A stretch of 64,000 bases of DNA from Dehalococcoidia bacterium (lineage in GTDB: Bacteria > Chloroflexota > Dehalococcoidia > SM23-28-2 > WHTN01). Shown in pieces: positions 46,331 to 56,482 of the stretch. The notes beneath the pieces were generated by a model. It was not told the origin of the DNA, did no database searches, and saw only the letters and a program-made list of their open reading frames with translations. The position numbers and the translations under genes were made by a program. The DNA lies in assembly GCA_009377715.1 (NCBI GenBank), contig WHTN01000003.1:14396-78395 (forward strand), in the 5' to 3' direction. Within the stretch, counting starts at the first letter, position 1; every line of letters starts with the position of its first letter.

Positions 46331-47335
46331 CTAATCTGTTCCGTAGTCTAAGACGACCTGCAGCGCCTCCTGAGGTCGCTCGTCGAGGAGTGTGTAGGCC
46401 TCCGCCGCTTGCGCTAGCGGAAAGCGATGGGTTATGAACTGCGCTGGCCGTATCTGTCTCAGCATCTGCCAGGCTACGTCGAAGCGCCTGGGTTTGTCCC
46501 AACGCCCGAGCAGCTCGGGGGCGATGGTGCTCACCTGGCTGCTGATCAGCCGAAGCCGGTTGCGATGGAAGTGTCCTCCCAGGTTCGGGGACGCTCGCTT
46601 CTGACCATACCAAGAGCCAACAACTATGCGGCCGCTGAAACCAGTCGCAGCGATGGCGGCGTCTAACGTCGCCGGGTTCCCGGACAGCTCGTAAGTGAGG
46701 TCTGCTTCGCCTTTCAGGGCTTCTACGTCGGCCGGATCGATGCTCCTATACGCGCCGACCGAAAGAGATCGCTCGCGGCGAAGTGGGTAGGAGTCGACGG
46801 TGGTCAGATCGGCAAGCGGGAATCGCGACAGCAGCGCCGCGGTAAGCAGCCCTACCACCCCCTGCCCGAACACGACGACCCGCTCGCCGATCATCGGTCG
46901 GCCGTCCATGACGAAGTTGACGGCAGTCTCCATGTTCGCCAGAAATGCCGCATTTTCGGCGGATAGCCCAGGCGGCACTGGCAGTAGTAGGTCTGGCCAA
47001 ATAGCGTAATGGCTTTCATGTGGGTGCAAGGAGAACACTAGGCGGTCCTTCCAAGACGGATCGATAGACCTACCGACGACTACAACCTTGCCGACCGCGG
47101 CGTAGCCGTACTTCAATGGATATGCCGTCTCGCTATCGATTTGAGCGAGCGCGTCGTCGGCGACCATATCCGGTGGTAATTGCCCGCGATAGACTAATAG
47201 CTCCGTGCCAGCGCTGATCGCCGATATGACGGTCTCGACTAAGACCTCGTTTGGCTTCGGCTCAGACAACGCCACCTCGCACACTTCCACTGAGCGCGAA
47301 CCTGTGAAGTATAGGCTCAGACGTTTGGACATCGC
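46331..47335 (-). CDS. Zinc-binding alcohol dehydrogenase family (MDR) protein
   Basis: GroES-like N-domain and GxGxxG Rossmann (VVFGQGVVGLLTA). Start placed at MSKRLSLYFTG; the longer upstream extension is probably non-coding. Confidence 0.7.
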   Translation of the reverse strand, partial: AMSKRLSLYFTGSRSVEVCEVALSEPKPNEVLVETVISAISAGTELLVYRGQLPPDMVADDALAQIDSETAYPLKYGYAAVGKVVVVGRSIDPSWKDRLVFSLHPHESHYAIWPDLLLPVPPGLSAENAAFLANMETAVNFVMDGRPMIGERVVVFGQGVVGLLTAALLSRFPLADLTTVDSYPLRRERSLSVGAYRSIDPADVEALKGEADLTYELSGNPATLDAAIAATGFSGRIVVGSWYGQKRASPNLGGHFHRNRLRLISSQVSTIAPELLGRWDKPRRFDVAWQMLRQIRPAQFITHRFPLAQAAEAYTLLDERPQEALQVVLDYGTD

Positions 47336-47405
47336 CGATATTGTACAGTACCAATGCGATGCGCTTAAGAAGCACTTGACTCGGTGTAACGAAATGCTTA
47401 CAATG

Positions 47406-47867
47406 GGCCGAATTTTGTGTCCTGGAGGTGGGGATAGGAATATAACGTCCTGGAGACTGCTCGCTGTCAAGGGGGTCGCGGCGGCAGTAGTATTAGCTCT
47501 TGGCCTTCTCGCTTCGTTGCTCAGCCCCTCGATACATTCGCCTTCTAAAGTCCACGCCGTTGATCAACAGCTTTATACGGGTTGGAACGTTGCCACCTGG
47601 CAAGCAAATAACTGTTTTCCTTCCGGCAGCGCACTCTCCAGCCTCACGCAGCAGGGTGTGCTTGGCGTAGCCGCTGGTTTCATCCCATCTTTACAAATTT
47701 GGGAGACGTTTGACGCCAATGCTCCAGAAGCAGTTAACACGCTGCGCGACATTTGCCCGGGCGATACGCTTTGGCTCTACGTCTCCTCGGATACGACCTG
47801 GGCCGGGAAGCGTCCCAAATGGCAACGTCAGTTCAGAGGAATGGCAGCTTTTTGGACTTATAAATGA
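47406..47867 (+). CDS. Secreted protein N-terminal region (signal/TM plus unknown domain). Probably the 5' part of the CAP-domain gene, separated by a frameshift near 47800.
   Basis: MGRILCPGG...AAAVVLALGLLASLL hydrophobic N-terminus. The frame changes into the 47710..48285 ORF within the GGGCCGGGA region. Confidence 0.35.
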   Translation, partial: GRILCPGGGDRNITSWRLLAVKGVAAAVVLALGLLASLLSPSIHSPSKVHAVDQQLYTGWNVATWQANNCFPSGSALSSLTQQGVLGVAAGFIPSLQIWETFDANAPEAVNTLRDICPGDTLWLYVSSDTTWAGKRPKWQRQFRGMAAFWTYK

Positions 47868-48285
47868 GTACCGTGCCGGAAGTTCGTCCTGCTTCGACGT
47901 CTATAGCCGCTCGTGGCGTTCTTGGCATGGCGCCGATGCTGTCTGGCTCGCGCTTTCGCCGGCCCTCTCTCGGGCAGCCCATGATTATGCTTACCACATG
48001 GCCGTCGCCGGTTGGTTCAGTCATGTTGGTATCAACAACGACGGCCCGGCCGACAGGATAGTCGCCGCGGGTTACAGCGGCTTCACTTGGTACGGCGAAG
48101 TCATAGCGGCCGGGCAACATAGTGCCGCAGAGGTTATGAACGGCTGGCGCAATAGCGAAGGTCATAACAGCGCGTTGCTCGCTTGCCAAGCGCGCGCCAT
48201 GGGCGCAGGGTATGGCGTCGATGCGTTCGGCACGCGCTGGGTCGTCGACTTCGGCAATCACATCGATGGTAATTTAGCCCAATAA
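47710..48285 (+). CDS. CAP/SCP (PR-1-like) domain protein, C-terminal part
   Basis: LINEYRA, HY..MAVAGWFSH and MNGWRNSEGHNSALL CAP motifs. Confidence 0.55.
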   Translation: MTPMLQKQLTRCATFARAIRFGSTSPRIRPGPGSVPNGNVSSEEWQLFGLINEYRAGSSSCFDVYSRSWRSWHGADAVWLALSPALSRAAHDYAYHMAVAGWFSHVGINNDGPADRIVAAGYSGFTWYGEVIAAGQHSAAEVMNGWRNSEGHNSALLACQARAMGAGYGVDAFGTRWVVDFGNHIDGNLAQ

Positions 48286-48455
48286 CGTGCTTTCACTACC
48301 ACACCATGTGTGGGACTGCTACAGCGATGGCAGTACTGATGCGTTATGCTTTGCTAAGAATTGATACACTTCGTTGACTTTCAAGGGTTAAAGTTTATAG
48401 TTCTGTAATTCCTCCGGTGTAATGCTTAATGCCATCACCTCGACGGAGGAGCGAA

Positions 48456-48679
48456 ATGGAGAAGGTGCGGACAGGTTACCCTGTGGTCACTCTAGACGGA
48501 GAGTATCTCGGCGTCGTTGCAGAAGTCGAGGAGACGGGGTTGGATATGCTCGCGCATGGATAACGAAGTCCCTATCTTTCAACGTGGACTATGACTCCGT
48601 CACTCTGCTGTTTACGGAATCCGAGCTCGCCACTTACGGCCTCGAAAAGCTCGGCGCGCTTACTGCTAACACTCGCTAG
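48456..48679 (+). CDS. Small PRC-barrel/DUF2171-like protein (~77 aa) with a +1 frameshift at CATGG (~48558)
   Basis: Strong RBS GGAGGAGCGAA-ATG. Reads MEKVRTGYPVVTLDGEYLGVVAEVEETGLDMLAHG then a stop. The next frame continues as ITKSLSFNVDYDSVTLLFTESELATYGLEKLGALTANTR*. Confidence 0.35.
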
Positions 48680-49042
48680 CCCTCGCTTCGCAGCTTCAAC
48701 CCCTCGGCCTCCATATCGACGTAGCTGCGCTATAGCTTTCCATAGAACAATCTGATAACCGGCGCCAACGGGCCGTTCCAGTTTAGTGAAAGCGTCACGC
48801 GAGAAGCTCCGCGTCTGCTCGCCTCGATCCGGTGCCCGGCTTCGGTCTTTACGCCCGGCCCTGTATTCTGCCATTCGAAATAACGCTCGGCTTCGATAGT
48901 GGTGATTGTCCATACTGCGACCGGCAGCCGCGGCTTGACGTATGCGTGCCCGGCTGCCGACTCCGAATGACGCGCCATCCAGAAGCTCAACGCTGCTTAT
49001 CGAAGCCGTCCACTCCGGCCACCGCACGACGTCCATCATCAC
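48572..49042 (-). pseudogene. SRPBCC (polyketide cyclase/START-like) gene fragmented across several frames
   Basis: SRPBCC-like segments in two minus-strand frames (MDVVRWPEW...; AGHAYVKPRLPVAVWTITTIEAERYFEW...). No single intact ORF. Confidence 0.35.
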
Positions 49043-49148
49043 AGCCCATACCGTAGCGGGCGGCGCTGCTATATCGATACTGGTTCAATATCCATGTTTA
49101 GAGTTGTAGCCTAACACAGAACCGCCGATGGGGCTGGTGTACTGTAAG

Positions 49149-49224
49149 TGGAGCCGGCGGGGGGACTCGAACCCTCGACCTGCGGTTTACGAAACCGCTG
49201 CTCTACCACTGAGCTACGCCGGCC
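49149..49224 (-). tRNA. tRNA-Thr (anticodon CGU)
   Basis: Reverse complement reads GGCCGGCGTAGCTCAGTGGTAGAGC...loop TTCGTAA...GGTTCGAGTCCCCCGCCGGCTCCA. Confidence 0.9.
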
Positions 49225-49455
49225 AGAAGCGCCTTTCACATCATACCAACATCTACATTCTTCGACTAGGATTATTTCAAAGGTAGTCAGCTCTTCGTGC
49301 TGCACTAGGTTAGCATGTGGCAGCATCATGAACCCAAGATATGCGCGTTGTTATACGCTTGTTATCTAGGCAAAACGGCATTGATACGATTGTAAGGCAA
49401 GTTGTATGAAGCTGTACACATCAGCCTGTGTGCTTCGGTTAAGGAGTTATCAATG

Positions 49456-49689
49456 TCCAGTGAACGACCTATCGAGGAAGAGACTATACAATATGCGGCG
49501 AGCCATGGCACCCTTACTGAACCATCCGGCAGGACAACGGCTATCAGCGAGCCGGCCTCATACGGACGCGTAGCCATTTACCGGCGTCCGCTGCACGCTT
49601 TCGGGAGGCTTACGCGCAAACATACCACTATGGCTATTGTAGGGGCGCTCGGAGTAGGGCTGTTGCTTGGCCGCATCGCTCGATCCTAA
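49456..49689 (+). CDS. Hypothetical tail-anchored small protein (78 aa)
   Basis: RBS AAGGAG 7 nt before the ATG at 49456. C-terminal TM helix. Confidence 0.35.
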   Translation, partial: SSERPIEEETIQYAASHGTLTEPSGRTTAISEPASYGRVAIYRRPLHAFGRLTRKHTTMAIVGALGVGLLLGRIARS

Positions 49690-49771
49690 TCCACCTTCTC
49701 CGTGCCTTCTGTTCAGCGCGGCAGCATACTACAATTGGCGAGCCGATTACCCCCATCGAAGAGTATGACCG

Positions 49772-50476
49772 TTGACCGGAAACAGAAAGCGCGACGTTAA
49801 GCTTAGCCCCGCCGAAATGCAAGCTTTCGACATCGATATCGCCATGGCTCGTATCCGGGAAGCCGTGGGGCCGTTTCCCAAAGCCGTCCTCTTCGAATTA
49901 GCCGCCGATGGCTACAAGACAATCTTCGAGCAGCTTATCGCTTGTATCATTACCATCCGAACAATGGAAGAGGTCAGCGGCCCGGCCGCTCGGCGGCTCT
50001 TCGCGCGGGCCCGTAGGCCGGAGGCGATGGCTGCTCTTACTCCGAACGAGATCGATGAATTGATCTGGGATGTTGCCTTCCACGAGCCGAAGTCGCGGCA
50101 GATCCTCGCGATCACCCGGCGAGTTATTGACCAGCATCAAGGCGAACTTCCCTGCAATTACGACGTCTTGCTGTCCTTTAACGGCGTAGGGCCGAAGTGC
50201 GCGAACCTAGCGCTCGGCATCGCCTGCGGGCAGCCTCGCATTGGCGTGGATATACACGTCCACCGCGTGACCAACCGCTGGGGCTATATAGCCGCCGCGA
50301 CGCCAGAACGAACTACTTTAGCGTTGCAAAGTGTCCTGCCCACCGATTACTGGCTGGAGATCAATCGTCTGCTGGTGCCTTTCGGCAAGTACATCTGCAC
50401 TGGCCGTCTGCCCCGCTGCTCCACCTGTCCAGTACTCGATATGTGCCAGCAGGTCGGTGTCACGTCCCATCGCTGA
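49772..50476 (+). CDS. nth: Endonuclease III family HhH-GPD glycosylase with a 4Fe-4S cluster
   Basis: HhH-GPD (LLSFNGVGPKCANLAL) and the C-x6-C-x2-C-x5-C cluster CTGRLPRCSTCPVLDMC. The start is uncertain (TTG at 49772 or an internal Met at 49844). Confidence 0.75.
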   Translation: MTGNRKRDVKLSPAEMQAFDIDIAMARIREAVGPFPKAVLFELAADGYKTIFEQLIACIITIRTMEEVSGPAARRLFARARRPEAMAALTPNEIDELIWDVAFHEPKSRQILAITRRVIDQHQGELPCNYDVLLSFNGVGPKCANLALGIACGQPRIGVDIHVHRVTNRWGYIAAATPERTTLALQSVLPTDYWLEINRLLVPFGKYICTGRLPRCSTCPVLDMCQQVGVTSHR

Positions 50477-51184
50477 GTGGGCGAATGCCATTCCCACTGG
50501 ACGGCTCGCCTGCCTTCGTGCTATACACTTTTGGTAATGCCCGACGATATCTGGCCGAAGCATCTCTTCGCTCGTGTAGACGAGAGCGAGGACGTTCTCT
50601 TCTACGCGTACCCGCGGAAGGTCGTTCACATCGACAACGGCGCGATCGCTGCCGTGAAGCAACTCTATAGTGAGGTGCTGCCGCGCGAAGCCAGGCTGCT
50701 CGACCTGATGAGCAGCTGGCGTAGCCATCTGCCGGATGGTCTCGCGCCGAAAGCGGTCGTTGGGTTGGGGATGAACGCAGAAGAGATGGCTGACAATCCC
50801 CAGCTAACCGAGGTGGTGCTTCACGACCTCAACCGAGATACAACGTTGCCGTTCGAGGATGCCGCGTTCGATGGTGTTATGTGCTGTGTGTCCGTCCAGT
50901 ATATGATCGAGCCTGTGGCCGTCTTTCGAGAGGTCAACCGGGTTTTGCGTCCGGGCGGACCTTTCGTCCTGACCTTCTCCAACCGCTGCTTTCCGATGAA
51001 GGCGGTGGCCCTCTGGCGCGAATCTAGCGATGAAGAACATATGCGTATCGTCAAGGCGTACTTCGAGGCTTCGAGCGGCTGGAGCGACGTTAAGGTCGAA
51101 GACCGTTCGCCGAATCCAGCCGGATATAGCGATCCACTGTACGCCGTCTGGGCTCGTAAAGCTGAGGACGCTAGCAAGGAATAA
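50477..51184 (+). CDS. Class I SAM-dependent methyltransferase
   Basis: VVGLGMN motif I, DAAFDGVMCCVSVQYM and LRPGGPFVL motifs. Probable start at the internal Met ~50537. Confidence 0.65.
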   Translation: MGECHSHWTARLPSCYTLLVMPDDIWPKHLFARVDESEDVLFYAYPRKVVHIDNGAIAAVKQLYSEVLPREARLLDLMSSWRSHLPDGLAPKAVVGLGMNAEEMADNPQLTEVVLHDLNRDTTLPFEDAAFDGVMCCVSVQYMIEPVAVFREVNRVLRPGGPFVLTFSNRCFPMKAVALWRESSDEEHMRIVKAYFEASSGWSDVKVEDRSPNPAGYSDPLYAVWARKAEDASKE

Positions 51185-51192
51185 CCCAAGCG

Positions 51193-52578
51193 ATGAACGA
51201 AAAATCCACTTTAAAGATCGAACATGCGCGGTTCATTATCACGGTCGACCCACAGCGTAGGATTATCACGGACGGCGCGATCGTGATTACGGGCGATCGT
51301 ATAACCGAGGTCGGCAAAACGGCTGAGCTTGCACATGTCCCTGCCGAGCGCATCATCGACGCCAGCGAAATGGTCATCACGCCAGGTTTTTGCAATGGGC
51401 ATCTGCACGTCAGCTACGCTCACGCGGTACGCGGCATCTTTCCGGACAACCTCGATGCGAACGACTACCTCGCCTACGTCTTCAAGCTGCAGTCCGCGAT
51501 GGAAGAAGAGGAGGAGTATTACACTTCGCTACTCGCCATCACCGAACTGCTCAAGTACGGCACCACCTGCTTCCTCGATCCAGGCAGCACTAAATATCTG
51601 GACGCGTGTCTCGATGTCTACGAAAAGTCCGGCTGCCGCATCATCGTCGGCAGCCAGGTCGTAGACCAGCCGAATCCCATTAACCTGCCGCAGCTAACGC
51701 TGTCGGAGGCGGTCAGTCGCATGGAGGACACCATCCAGAAGTACGATGGACGGCTTAACGGGCGTGTGCGCGCGTGGGCCATGCCCTTTTCGGCTGAATA
51801 TTCGTCTACTGAGCTTCTTAAGTCGGCCAAACGCCTTGCGGACGAACACCAGACGGGTATGACGATGCACCAGGTCAATAACCCAGGCGTTATCGAAGCT
51901 TACCTGCAAAACTTCGGCCAACTGCCAATTGAATATCTGGAGGATATCGGTGTGCTGGGCCCGAACGTGCTCCTTTCGCACAGTTTCGGTTTAAGCGATA
52001 GCGAGATCGCCATCCTCGCCCGCACCGACACTAAAGTGGCCGTCTGCCCGAGTGCTTCCCTGAAGATGGGCATGAGTGTGACGACCAAGGGTCGTCTGCC
52101 GGAGATGCTCGCTGCGGGCGTATGCGTTGGCCTCGGCACAGACGCCGGCAACAACTCCAACCTCATCGAAACGATGAGGTCGATGTACCTAACGTCCGTC
52201 CTTTATAACGACACGCAACAAGCCACGGGCGTCGTGCCGACGGAAACCGTCGTCGAGATGGCGACGATCCAGGGCGCACGGGCTCTCGGCCTGGACGGCG
52301 AGATCGGCTCGCTTGAAGTGGGCAAGCGCGCCGATCTAGTGCTGTTCGACACGCGGAGGCCGGAGTGGCGCACTCTACATAATCCGATCAACAACCTGGT
52401 CTTCAACGCTGACGGCCGCAGCGTTCACACCGTGATCGTAGACGGCCGCATAGTCGTAGAAGACCACAAGCCCATGTACATCGACGAATGGGAACTCATC
52501 CAAAAAGTGCAAGGACTTGGCGAAGGGCTGCTCGCCAGGACCGGCGTCGAGTTCCCAACGCGGTGGCCCGTAGTTTAG
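51193..52578 (+). CDS. Amidohydrolase family protein (MTA/SAH-deaminase-like)
   Basis: PGFCNGHLHV metal-binding HxH, then later His and Asp ligands (GLGTDAGNNS). Confidence 0.8.
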   Translation: MNEKSTLKIEHARFIITVDPQRRIITDGAIVITGDRITEVGKTAELAHVPAERIIDASEMVITPGFCNGHLHVSYAHAVRGIFPDNLDANDYLAYVFKLQSAMEEEEEYYTSLLAITELLKYGTTCFLDPGSTKYLDACLDVYEKSGCRIIVGSQVVDQPNPINLPQLTLSEAVSRMEDTIQKYDGRLNGRVRAWAMPFSAEYSSTELLKSAKRLADEHQTGMTMHQVNNPGVIEAYLQNFGQLPIEYLEDIGVLGPNVLLSHSFGLSDSEIAILARTDTKVAVCPSASLKMGMSVTTKGRLPEMLAAGVCVGLGTDAGNNSNLIETMRSMYLTSVLYNDTQQATGVVPTETVVEMATIQGARALGLDGEIGSLEVGKRADLVLFDTRRPEWRTLHNPINNLVFNADGRSVHTVIVDGRIVVEDHKPMYIDEWELIQKVQGLGEGLLARTGVEFPTRWPVV

Positions 52579-52622
52579 CCATGTCCACAACTGCGCGTCC
52601 TACCGGGAGAGACCGTTATATG

Positions 52623-52710
52623 CCATTCTGAACCCTTCGGCAAGCTCGGGATAAACTCCGTGAAGAATCTACGTTGGCTCAGGATAAACTCCGCGAAGAG
52701 TCCATCTAGT
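52623..52710. repeat. Two tandem family-B modules (…CCTTCGGCAAGCTCGGGATAAACTCCGTGAAGAATCTACGTTGGCTCAGGATAAACTCCGCGAAGAGTC)
   Basis: Module identity with 22488, 27865 and 41189. Confidence 0.6.
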
Positions 52711-52727
52711 TAGGTACAGGAAAAGCC

Positions 52728-53492
52728 ATGAACACACCTGAAACGCCTCGCTACCACCTCACCATACGCGACATGCCCGCGAACGAGCGGCCACGTGAGA
52801 GACTGCGCGACTACGGCGCAAGCGCCTTGAGCAACGCTGAGCTTCTGGCGATAGCGTTGCGCACAGGCACTAGCGCGGAGAACGTCATCAGCGTAGCGTC
52901 CAGGCTGCTATCGCAGTATGGTGGCCTTGCCGGTCTGTCGCGCGCCGACTTTCGTGAGCTTTGCAACCAGCACGGCGTCGGCGAGGCGAAGGCGTCCCAG
53001 ATCAAGGCCGCTTTGGAGCTAGGCCGCCGGCTGGTGATTACCCAGCCGGAGGAGCGGGCGACCATCTCCAGCCCGCAGGACGTGTACAACCTGCTGGCGG
53101 CGGAGATGGCGCACTTGGAGCAGGAGCACCTACGGGTACTGCTTCTCGACACTCGGCACCGCGTCACAGCCATGCCGGAACTTTACAAGGGCAACGTCAA
53201 CAGTTCGGTCGTCCGCGTGGCTGAGGTCTTTCGAGATGCCATCCGCCAGACAAGCCCGGCGCTTATCGTCGTCCATAACCACCCATCCGGAGACCCCGCG
53301 CCTTCTAGCGATGATATAGCGGTCACGCGCCAGCTAGTCGCCGCTAGTGAACTGCTTGACATCGAAGTCCTCGACCATATCGTCATCGGCGAGCAGGGCT
53401 TCGTCAGCATGCGCGAGCGCGGCCTTGGCTTCGAGGCGACTCAAACGCCGGAAGTCAAGCGCGCTGCCTCGCCGAGCGCTAAGGCCGAGTAA
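52728..53492 (+). CDS. radC: RadC-like JAB/MPN domain protein
   Basis: HhH N-terminal region and the JAMM motif [14 protein letters not shown]. Confidence 0.8.
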   Translation: MNTPETPRYHLTIRDMPANERPRERLRDYGASALSNAELLAIALRTGTSAENVISVASRLLSQYGGLAGLSRADFRELCNQHGVGEAKASQIKAALELGRRLVITQPEERATISSPQDVYNLLAAEMAHLEQEHLRVLLLDTRHRVTAMPELYKGNVNSSVVRVAEVFRDAIRQTSPALIVVHNHPSGDPAPSSDDIAVTRQLVAASELLDIEVLDHIVIGEQGFVSMRERGLGFEATQTPEVKRAASPSAKAE

Positions 53493-54885
53493 GACACTGG
53501 TCGGGGCCGCATACCCAGGCGATAAGGTTCCAGCCCGGGTAGAGCGGGCGCTCGTTGGGATAAGCGGTAATTGTGCAGTGCTCTGATGCATGGATGAAGT
53601 ATCCCCTGCCCGCCGAGAAGCGTGCAATGTTTGGAGTTCTGCCAGAGCGCCAGGCTTGAAGGCTAACCATTGCTTGCTCGTATTATCGTGCCCCCAGACG
53701 ATATCGATTTCGTCCAGGCAATCTCCCAGTTGCACTTCGATCGGCAAAGTCACGACTTTATATTCGTAAGCGCCGATATCGCAGACCGGTCCTTGCGGCC
53801 GCGTCATCCCGCGCTGGTCAGTGGCAGGCGGCGGACAGTCCGGGCTTCCCGCGTCGATGGCTGGACTGCCTTGCTGTAAGTAGTACCCGGGCGTGAGCCC
53901 GCCGATGTTGCCAAGCGGCCCAAGCATCGGGTCGGTGTTAGTGATGTCCCCTTCGGCATCGAAGCCACACGTGTCTGAATCTTCGAGGTTGTGGCCTGCG
54001 GAGATGATCTGGCCGTCGATGCCGAAGGAGCAATTTCCGCCGCTATTATCAGCAACGATCGTATTCTTAAGTGTGAGCACCCCCGGGCTAAACACTGCAG
54101 GCGCATGGTCCGATTGGGCATCGTTGCCGGAAATCGTGATGTTCGTTAGAGAGGCAGTACCGCTATTGGCGAGAGCAGCCCAGACCTGAGTGTCCGGGAA
54201 ACCGCCTCCTAGGTTGCCGCTTATGGTCGCATTGAGCATCGTTAACGTCCCTGCATTCGATATCGCTCCGCTTGCGTTCCCAATGATGGCGCTGTACCGG
54301 ATCTCCAACGTTCCATGATTGCTGATCCCGCCGCCACCGTCGGACGCGTTGTTAGCTACCAGAACGTTGGTAAGAAGAACGTCGGCTTCTGCTTCTATTC
54401 GTATTCCTCCACCACTTTGAAGGGGAGCTAGTCCTCCGCTTGAGATAGCACCATGCTGGATGTCCAGATTTTCGAATTTAACGGTTGTCAATTCACCGAC
54501 GTGGAACACGCGGTCTATACCCCCGCCGTCTACAACTGCATTAACCGCTCCCCCCGTTCCTGAGATCAGCAGGTCGTCAGTGATGTCCAGATCGCCAATA
54601 CCTGCCTCATCCTCGCCTTGCCCCTCGATCGTCAGCGTATACATACCGGCCCGGAACGTAGATCGTATCGTGGCCGGCGTGGGCGTTCGCCTCTTGGATC
54701 GCGGCGCGTAGTGTGCATTCGCCGAGGAACGTCGCGCAGGCGCCGTCGCCCGGCACTTCGTCGCCGGCGTCTCGCAAGTTATCGACCGTAAATGCGGCGT
54801 GCTCGGACTCGCCGCTTTCGGCTGGCCAGCCGGCAATCGCTATAAGGACGGCGATGACGGCCAGCCATATCGAGCGGTTCCTCAT
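53479..54885 (-). pseudogene. Secreted right-handed beta-helix protein, paralog of 54902..56266, disrupted by at least two frameshifts (~54640 and ~53595)
   Basis: N-terminus in frame of ORF 54607..54885 (MRNRSIWLAVIAVL...GDGACATFLGECTLRAAIQEANAHAGHDTI). Middle in ORF 53334..54836. The C-terminal shared domain is in ORF 53479..53670 (GRGYFIHASEHCTITAYPNERPLYPGWNLIAW). Confidence 0.5.
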
Positions 54886-54901
54886 AAGCCCACCTCTATC
54901 T

Positions 54902-56266
54902 CTAATCTTCCCTCCACCCGATGAGGTTCCAGCCGGCGTATAGATCGATCACGTTGATGCCTGAGCTTATCGTGCAGTCTGCGCTAGTGTGGACGTAGTA
55001 GCCGCCGAACGGCACGAATTCCGTTAACGTCTGCAACGCTGGTGGGCCACCCGGCTCGAAGGCGAGCCATATGTCCGCCTGGTTATCGCGACCGTATGCG
55101 ATGTTGGTGACCGCTAAACACTCGCCGAGTTGCGTTCTATACCCTCTGCCTGCTCCCTCGAGCTCGTAAGCGCCGATATCGCAGGCATCGCGTTGTGACC
55201 GCTGCACGCCGCGCTGGTCGGTCGCCGGTGGTGGGCAATCGGGGCTGCCGGCGTCGATAGCCGGGCTATTCGCCAAAAGCGCGTGCGTCATTGTAGGGCC
55301 ACCGTTGTCAGCCAACGGCCCGAGCAGCGGATCGGTGTTCGGCAGATCGGTAGCGGCGCTGAAGCCGCAGGTGTTTGTGTCTTCTAGGTTGTACGCCGTA
55401 GAAGTTAGGACGCCGCCCCCGCAGTTAGCGCCCAGGTTTTCGGTGACGATGCTGTTTTTGATAGAGACGCTGCCGGCAGTGTAGATGCCGGCGACGCTAT
55501 AACCAGCCCTGTTCTCGACGACGGTGACGTTATTAAGAGTGACCACCCCGTCGGTGCGGATGCCGCCGACTCCGGATGAGTCGGGGAATGGGTTGCCGCC
55601 GTTATTGCTGACCGTTACATTGGTCGTAGCGAGGTTCGCGCCCGCTCTGGTGATAACGCCCGTGCCGCCGTTGTTTGTAATAGCGCTGTCGTTAATAGTC
55701 AACGTGCCGGTATTTTCGATGCCGCCACCGGCCGGCGAAACGTTCCGGTCTATCGCGACTTCGTTCAGATCGAGCGTGCCGGCGTTGTGAATGCCGCCAC
55801 CGCCTTGAATTGGCTCTAGCGGTAGATAAACCGTTACGCCGTTCTGTATAGTCACGCCCGACATCTCAACGCTGGCGTCGCTAGATACATCGAAGACCCT
55901 GTCGGCGCGATTGCCGTCGATGATCGTGGTTTGAGCGCCATCGCCGACTATCGTTAAGTCATCCGTAATATCGAGGTCGCCGCTGCCTGCCGCGTCCTCG
56001 TTGTGCCCCTCGATGGTGAGCATATACGTGTCCGCGGGCAGGATTATCGTATCGTGGCCGGGGTGTGCATTCGCTTCTTGGACCGCTGCACGCAGGGTGC
56101 ATTCGGCCAAAAACGTCGCGCACGCGCCATCGCCCGGGACTTCATCGCCGCCGTCGTTAACGCTGTCAACCGTAAAATCGACGTGATCGGCTCCGGCATT
56201 TCCGGCGGGCCAAGCCACGATTAGAAGAGCAGCCACGGCTAACCAAACAAAGCGCTTCCTCAACAT
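54902..56266 (-). CDS. Secreted right-handed parallel beta-helix repeat protein with a C-terminal ~75-aa conserved domain
   Basis: Signal peptide. GDGACATFLAECTLRAAVQEANAHPGHDTI. Repetitive NxxG/T beta-helix turns. C-terminal QLGECLAVTNIAYGRDNQADIWLAFEPGGPPALQTL...GGYYVHTSADC...LYAGWNLIGW. Confidence 0.7.
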   Translation of the reverse strand: MLRKRFVWLAVAALLIVAWPAGNAGADHVDFTVDSVNDGGDEVPGDGACATFLAECTLRAAVQEANAHPGHDTIILPADTYMLTIEGHNEDAAGSGDLDITDDLTIVGDGAQTTIIDGNRADRVFDVSSDASVEMSGVTIQNGVTVYLPLEPIQGGGGIHNAGTLDLNEVAIDRNVSPAGGGIENTGTLTINDSAITNNGGTGVITRAGANLATTNVTVSNNGGNPFPDSSGVGGIRTDGVVTLNNVTVVENRAGYSVAGIYTAGSVSIKNSIVTENLGANCGGGVLTSTAYNLEDTNTCGFSAATDLPNTDPLLGPLADNGGPTMTHALLANSPAIDAGSPDCPPPATDQRGVQRSQRDACDIGAYELEGAGRGYRTQLGECLAVTNIAYGRDNQADIWLAFEPGGPPALQTLTEFVPFGGYYVHTSADCTISSGINVIDLYAGWNLIGWRED

Positions 56267-56360
56267 CGATCGCCTCCTTCTTTTTCGATCCGTAACTTCC
56301 CTCTATACTCGGCCTTGCACAAAAAGCGACGCAAAGGCTGATCTTGTAATAGACCTTCTA

Positions 56361-56458
56361 GTCATTCTGAACCAAGTGAAGAATCCGAGCACCAAACGGT
56401 ACGCTTCTTCGCTCCCGGAGTTCATCCTGAGCTTGCCGAAAGGGCCACTCGGAATGAC
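56361..56458. repeat. MITE-like repeat with GTCATTC...GAATGAC termini, containing family-B and family-A-variant (TTCATCCTGAGCTTGCCGAAAGGG) modules
   Basis: Sequence identity with 9770-9802 and 9722-9747. Confidence 0.6.
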
Positions 56459-56482
56459 ATTTGTGCAAAGCATCAGTACTTC

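Noticed and set aside
47336-47470. N-terminal 45-codon extension of the alcohol dehydrogenase ORF (46331..47470)
   Set aside because: The extension lacks similarity to MDR family N-termini and overlaps the divergent plus-strand ORF region. The conserved protein starts at MSKRLSLYFTG.
53334-53650. 5'-distal 105 codons of ORF 53334..54836 (Ala/Arg-rich tail)
   Set aside because: It overlaps the radC 3' end by 160 nt and has low-complexity composition. The conserved C-terminal domain is found instead in the alternative frame (53479..53670). Treated as an artefact of a frameshift.
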